64,000 nucleotides of DNA from the human T2T-CHM13v2.0 reference genome, Homo sapiens. The position numbers and the translations under genes were made by a program. The notes beneath the pieces were generated by a model, which saw only the letters and a program-made list of their open reading frames with translations, searched no databases and had not been told where the DNA came from. Location of the stretch: NCBI RefSeq assembly GCF_009914755.1, contig NC_060930.1. One strand, written 5' to 3'. Of the stretch, positions 58,295 through 64,000 are shown piece after piece (the stretch's first letter is position 1; each line of letters opens with the position of its first letter).

Positions 58295-58732
58295 TATTTG
58301 TGGTAATTGATATTATCATTTCCAGTTATTTGCCACTTGCCTGTACGAGAACTATAAATCTATATTTGTTGCCAGGTGGCACACGGTGTCCCCTTTGGGA
58401 GAAGTATAATACCTGGCTTCGTTGTTGGGCCTAGCCATGTGACTTGCTTTAGCCAATGGAATGTGAGTAGGAAGTGGTGTATACTATGTCTGAATGGAAG
58501 ACTTAAAAGGCATTGCCTGGTTTGGTTATTGTGTTTTTCCCTCTACCACAAGAATGGCATGTTCCAGATGGGGGCTTCTCCTTCAACCTGAGCCCTGGAA
58601 TAAAGACATGTGGAGCAGGGCTACACCTGCAGGTACATGAAATGTGAGTGAGAAGTAAATCTCCTTGCTTTAAGCCAGTGAGATCTTGGGCCATTTATTC
58701 CCACACAAAACTTAGTAAAATGTGACAGAACA
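58295..58732 (+). mobile_element. MaLR LTR (MLT1H/I-like)
   Basis: gccatgtgacttgctttagccaatggaatgtgag; tttaagccagtgagat. Confidence 0.7.
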
Positions 58733-58934
58733 TAATGCTGAGTCAATTGTGCTCTCCGTATACATAAGAGAGTGCTAGTTGATGGTGTCTCTGTTATCTC
58801 TGAGTTTCTGCAGATGCACTGGAGCAGAGAGGAAGAAAGGCAGAAGTTTGAATTGATGAGAAATTAATTTTTGGGGTTAGGTTGTATGGGATTTTTTAAC
58901 AATTGAAAATGAGACTGTTATGCTTTCTAATGAT

Positions 58935-59350
58935 TTCTTTATTTAAGGGATGGGGTCTCACTGTCACCTAATCTGAAGTGCAGTGGCATGATCATAGTTC
59001 ACTGCAGTCTCGAGCTCTTGGGCTCAAGCAATCCATCCGCCTCAGCCTCCAAGTAGATGGGATGACCGGCATGCACCACCATACCTGGCTACTTTATTTT
59101 ATTTTTTTGGAGACAAGGTCTCTCTCTATTGCTCAGGCTGGTCTCATACTCCTGGCCTCAAGCAATCCTCCCACTTCAGCCACCCGACTAGATGGGAAAG
59201 AGGTGTGCACCATTTTGCCTGGCTAATATATTTTATTTTACATTTTTAGAGACCAGGTCTCGCTATGTTGCCCAGGCTCCCGGCCTCAAATGATCCTCCC
59301 CACTCAGCCTCCTGGGTAGACGGGACTATAGGCTCAAACCACCACACCTA
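58935..59350 (-). mobile_element. AluJ-type trimer
   Basis: Three consecutive antisense monomers separated by T-rich linkers. Confidence 0.8.
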
Positions 59351-59589
59351 AGAGATTGGTAAACTTTCTAAAGGGGACAAGAAGAGCCGTCATCTAGGGT
59401 TGGAGTACTTAGATCTGAGAGACTGTGACTAAAGGCAATAGCAATGAGAGAAATGGAGCTCTTTCCTGATGGTGCCAAAGTTGGCTCATTTCATTTGCTA
59501 CTTTATTTGCTATGTATTTCCCTCCTTATGGAGAACTGTTGGTGCAGCTGCAGTGCCCTACAAACAGGTGCCTTGTTCTAGAGAAAGGC

Positions 59590-59730
59590 CCCTCCACCAT
59601 GTGAGGATGCAGTGAGAAGGTGCTGTCTATGAGAAAATGGGCCCTCACCAGACACTGGATCAGCCAGTGCCTTGATCTTGGACTTCTCAGACTCCAGAAC
59701 GATGAGAAATTTCTGTTGTTTATGAGTTAA
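59590..59730 (+). mobile_element. MaLR LTR fragment (MLT1A/MST-like)
   Basis: ccatgtgaggatgcagtgagaagg; ccttgatcttggacttctcagactccagaac. Confidence 0.75.
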
Positions 59731-61847
59731 AACAATAAGAATGGAAAAGACTCTAGAAGCTGTAGAATAAACCCCTTTATTTTACCAGTGAGGAAATTAG
59801 GATTCTCAGAGTAGAGTTACTTTTCTTAACTCTGCTCATTCAGTGTCTTAGGAATTTGATTTCCAGAGCAGACCTATCCCCTAGGAAGAAAGGGCCAAGC
59901 CAGCTACCCTGCCATACAGGGCACCTTGGCATTCACTTTTGTGCCTCCCATCCCGACCTGATTCCCAGGGCCCCTGCGCCTTTGGTGCACTGACAGAATC
60001 AAAGTGTGAGCCTGACTGCACCGTGAACTCGTGGGCTTCCCTAGGAAGCAGTGTCCTCGTTTCTCCTCACTGAAGCAGGAATGGGTCACACGCCTTCATC
60101 CATCTCTAAGCTCTCCATCCACTTGGCTCTGTTATGTCTGATCTTCCAGCTTCTCTGTTTCATTTCCCTTGACTGTCTGGTGTGTTCCCACAGGATGCTG
60201 AAGTGGGAGAGACAAGCACAGGTGATGTCCAGGCTAGCCTAGGGGGACCCTCTGGAGGATGTCTCCCCCAACCCCAGGTCTCATGTTACAGAGACATTGC
60301 TCCTGTGGGTCAAGGAGGGCCTGGTGGATGTTCATATCACACAAACGTACACACGCGGTCACCCTCGGAAATGTCCCTCCGGCCAGTGCTGGACTCACAG
60401 CCCTCCCCTTCCACAGTAGCACCTCCATATAGTCATTTTGTCTGCAGGTTCCTCAAGGACAAGTCACCTCACCAGGACTGAGAATTAGAAAATCAGAGGT
60501 CACTGAACCCTTAGGAGAGGATGTCCTCAGTTACCGGATTTCACTGTTCACTGCTAAAGATTGAATCAATTTGTGGGTAAATTATGACAGCTGTGAGTGA
60601 AGACAATGTATGGAAGTTGTTACCTCTGGTGCCTTCTATTTCTGGATCTGTATTGACCCAGTCTGTGGCTCCATCCTGCAGGTATGGGCTTGTTACTTTG
60701 CACTTGTACATGATTTAGTCCCTGGGCTAAGTCCCAAGTGTGAGGCCAGGGCAGGTTGTGGTACAGGCCCCACAGGCAGCTCTCATGAATGCAGCCCAGT
60801 TCCTGGCACACAGCAAGGGCTCAGTAACTCCAGCTCAGGGGCTTAAGCTTCTTAATGTGAGTGAAAACAGAACGGAAAACCCACCTGAAGCACAACAGGC
60901 CCTGTCTTTCACCCACAGTGGGGTAAGGACTTGCTCCTTGAGGACTCAGAGGCATTAACGATAATGAAGGGTTCCAACCCAGCTGAGTTCTCTGGTTTTT
61001 GGTTCCTCTGTTTAGAAATGCCATGTTTGTGGCTTCAAATAAATCAAGAGATTTGAACCCAAAAGATGGGCAATTTGGCAGGGTTTCAAACCCACTTAAA
61101 ACTACAGCTCCAAATTTAGATGTGATCTGGGAACTTGAGTTTCAAGTTCCCCTTGACTTGGGCAAAGCCTGAATTTCAATCTACTGCACATTTTAATTTA
61201 TCCGTTCTCATCTTTTTAACTTCCCCAAATTTCGCTCTCCCTTTTTGGAACTCATCACTCTGGTTGTGTTTCTCACGTGGCTGTTGCTGTGACTTCTCTT
61301 GCGTTGTTTTCTGTTATCATCACACAGACCTTATACTCTGCCTTTCAGTCTTATCTCCTGGGCTGGGCTGGAGACACCTTCTGGGCAGGGGCTGTCCTCA
61401 GGCCTCTTTCCTTTCCCCTCCGTGAGACTTGCCCAGGGTCCAATACTCATGGGTCACAGTTAAGGACTGAGGGTTGCTCCGTTGTAAAGCTAGGAACTGG
61501 AGGAGGTTATGTTCCAACCAGATTTCCAGAGCCTTGGCTTCTGATTTGGTTAAGTATTCCTTGGAAATAAACAAATAAGCAATGCAAACATCTGAAGAGC
61601 AGTGGTTTGAGTTAAGGAGTGTACAAAATTTAAGAAAAGTCTGATGAAGACAAAGCCATGTGCTGGGCAAAATCGAATCAATCCATAATAGCTTTCTGTC
61701 ACTCCTGCCATGCCAATACTGCCTGAATTGTTTGTCTACAGCTTGTGGGAGGCTAAAAGAGTCAAAGGTTAGAATTTGGCACATGAGATAGAACTAGAGT
61801 TCAGATCACATGCACCTTTTCACACCTTCACACTTTTGGAGAAACAG

Positions 61848-62306
61848 TGTATTTGTTTGGTTGGGCTGCCATAGCAAGGTACCACAAACTGGGTCGCTTC
61901 AACAACAGAAGTTTATTCTCTCACAGTTCTGGAGGCCAGATGGCCAAGATCAAGTTGTGGGCAGGGTTGGCTCCTTCTGAGGGCTGTGAGGGAAGCCTGT
62001 TCCTCGCTTCTGGTGGCTTGCTACGACCTTTGGTGTCCCTTCGCTTGCGGACCTCTGCCTTCGTCTTCACATGGTCATCTCCCTGTGTGTGTCTGTGTGT
62101 CTGTCTGTGTCTAAATTTCCTCTTTTATAAGGACATTGATCATATTGGATTACGGGATCATCATACTCTGTAGTATGGCCTCATCTTAACTGATCACATG
62201 TGCGATGACCCTATTTCCAAGTAAGGTCATATTCTGGTGGTACTAGGGGTTAGGATTTCAACATTAATTTAGTGGTGGTGGGTGAGCATATTTAACACAG
62301 TGCAAC
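61848..62306 (-). mobile_element. MaLR LTR (MLT1C-like)
   Basis: gggctgccatagcaaggtaccacaaactggg; gaccctatttccaagtaaggtcatattctg. Confidence 0.85.
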
Positions 62307-62621
62307 AGCCTTCTTATTTGAATTTATTGTTCTCCAAATCAGGGTTTATCCATAGAATTCAGTCTGTGCCATACCTATGGATTGGATAATAAACATCTAG
62401 AAGAAGCTAAAGGCAGGAGTCCCTTTTCTCCTTTTCTACCCAGTGATCCATCCATCCATCCATCCGTTATCACACACGTGCACACACACACACACACACT
62501 TTATATAGGTGAGACTCTAGGGGTTCCTTACTGGAAGCCCCTGTCATCCAGGGACACTACTTGATGTCTTACTTGCATGGATTTGATGAGCTGCCTCAGA
62601 GGAAGAGCTATAAGGACTCTG

Positions 62622-62790
62622 AAGTAAGGCCTGGGTTCAGAATCCAGCCCTGCACTTACTGGCTCTGTGACATCAGTGACACCTTCCTCTTTGAGGCTTG
62701 GTTCTTCATTTGCAATATAGCAAATACTAGAGCAGACCCTATAGGTCCCTGAAAAATGGTGGCATTTATTGACGTTATTATTGTTGAGTG
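62622..62790 (+). mobile_element. MIR fragment
   Basis: cctgggttcagaatccagccctgcacttactggctctgtgac. Confidence 0.6.
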
Positions 62791-64000
62791 AGCCAAGGAG
62801 AGAGGGACAGAGTGGAGGCATGGCCTATCTTCCAGCTTCCAGAAGCTCACCACCAGGCACTCCTGGGGGCGCAAGTCCAAAGCTGTCACAGAGACTGCCT
62901 CATCTGGACTGTCTCCCCAGTTCCAGAGCTGTGGTTCTTAATCTTTTGGGGAACTGGATCCCTCTGGAAATCTAATACAATCTGTGGACTCCTCCCCAAA
63001 TAGCACCTGTGCATGGAGTGTCCTCAGAAGCTTGCGTGTGATTGTGGCAGGTTTGCGTCTCCACTTGAGACCACCCACGGAGGCTAAAGTTTCCACTTCA
63101 GAGACAACAACCTGAGAAATTCATTTGCTCATCCAGTAAACATTTCTTGTGTGACTGTCACATGCCGGGTGCTTTGTGGGGGACCAGGATGTCACGGAAA
63201 AGTCAGATAGGAGACCTTTCCCCAAACTGCTCACAGGCAGCAAAAACCATAATGAAAAGTAGAAATGATTCAATATTATAGCAGACATATGGCTATATTT
63301 TTTTGTCCCAGTTCAGAGGAGGACATTATTTCTACCATGGAGGGTGTGAAATAATCAGGCAGGTTCAGTGGAAGGAAGGATATTTGAGTTGGAAAATAAC
63401 AGGTGAGTTAAATTTTGTTCTTAAAGGACATATTGGTATTCCCAAGGTACCCATCCCGACAGTTGACACAAGTGCACGAATATCTGTCTGCTGGTGTTTG
63501 CCTTCACCTGAATGTAACTTAGCTGCTAGATTCCTAAAACGCTGCACCTCTGATAAGAAGCCAGTTCGTGTTCTTTTCTTCAAATATGGGCTTCCAATTG
63601 TATCACTTCTATAACACAAAGCACAGTTCATTCATTTACATGAAACAAGAAGACATTGACATTCTGCCTGTCTTCAGTCCTTACCTTTGTTATGAAGGAA
63701 TCTTTGGTGTCTCTGACCCTCTAGGGATCCCAGTCCTCCACCCAGCTGTGGAGGATGGAATGGGAGGTGCACATCTGGGAGTAGTTAACCACTATCTTCT
63801 ACTTTCTTTCTTCCAGGGGAGGTGCTTCTTCACCCCACTCCTCTCTATCCACATCACTAATAGCCAAGAGCTCAGCCTTCCCGGGGTCAGACAACGTTGT
63901 GATCTGCTGGATCCTGTTCTGCTTCAGCTGTGTTGAATGCATATCCATTTGGTTCTGGTTCATAATTCTTCACTATCAATTTTTCTGAAAGACTTCAGTT

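Overview
This is primate (probably human or ape) genomic DNA; I cannot name the locus from sequence alone. No intact cellular protein-coding gene is visible, and most ORF-track entries are chance or repeat-derived. Much of the window is interspersed repeat: a full-length, inactivated L1PA4/5-type LINE-1 (26784-32932, minus, 14-bp TSD), about 15 Alus, old L1M, L2 and MIR fragments, MaLR LTRs, and MADE1, MER58 and MER94 DNA transposons. A CpG-rich candidate regulatory island lies at about 3.6-4.5 kb. The main discovery candidate is on the minus strand from about 42.7 kb to the window end. The repeat-free islands there hold more than 20 AG/GT-bounded segments that splice in matching phase into protein-like sequence broken mostly by TGA stops, as expected from CGA decay. 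This looks like the fossil of a large multi-exon protein-coding gene. Smaller oddities are an internally inverted Alu inside one TSD pair, a 23-nt templated fold-back insertion, an L1 ORF0 extended to 153 aa, and a MADE1 with symmetric TIR variants. Repeat subfamily names come from remembered consensus sequences and boundaries are approximate.
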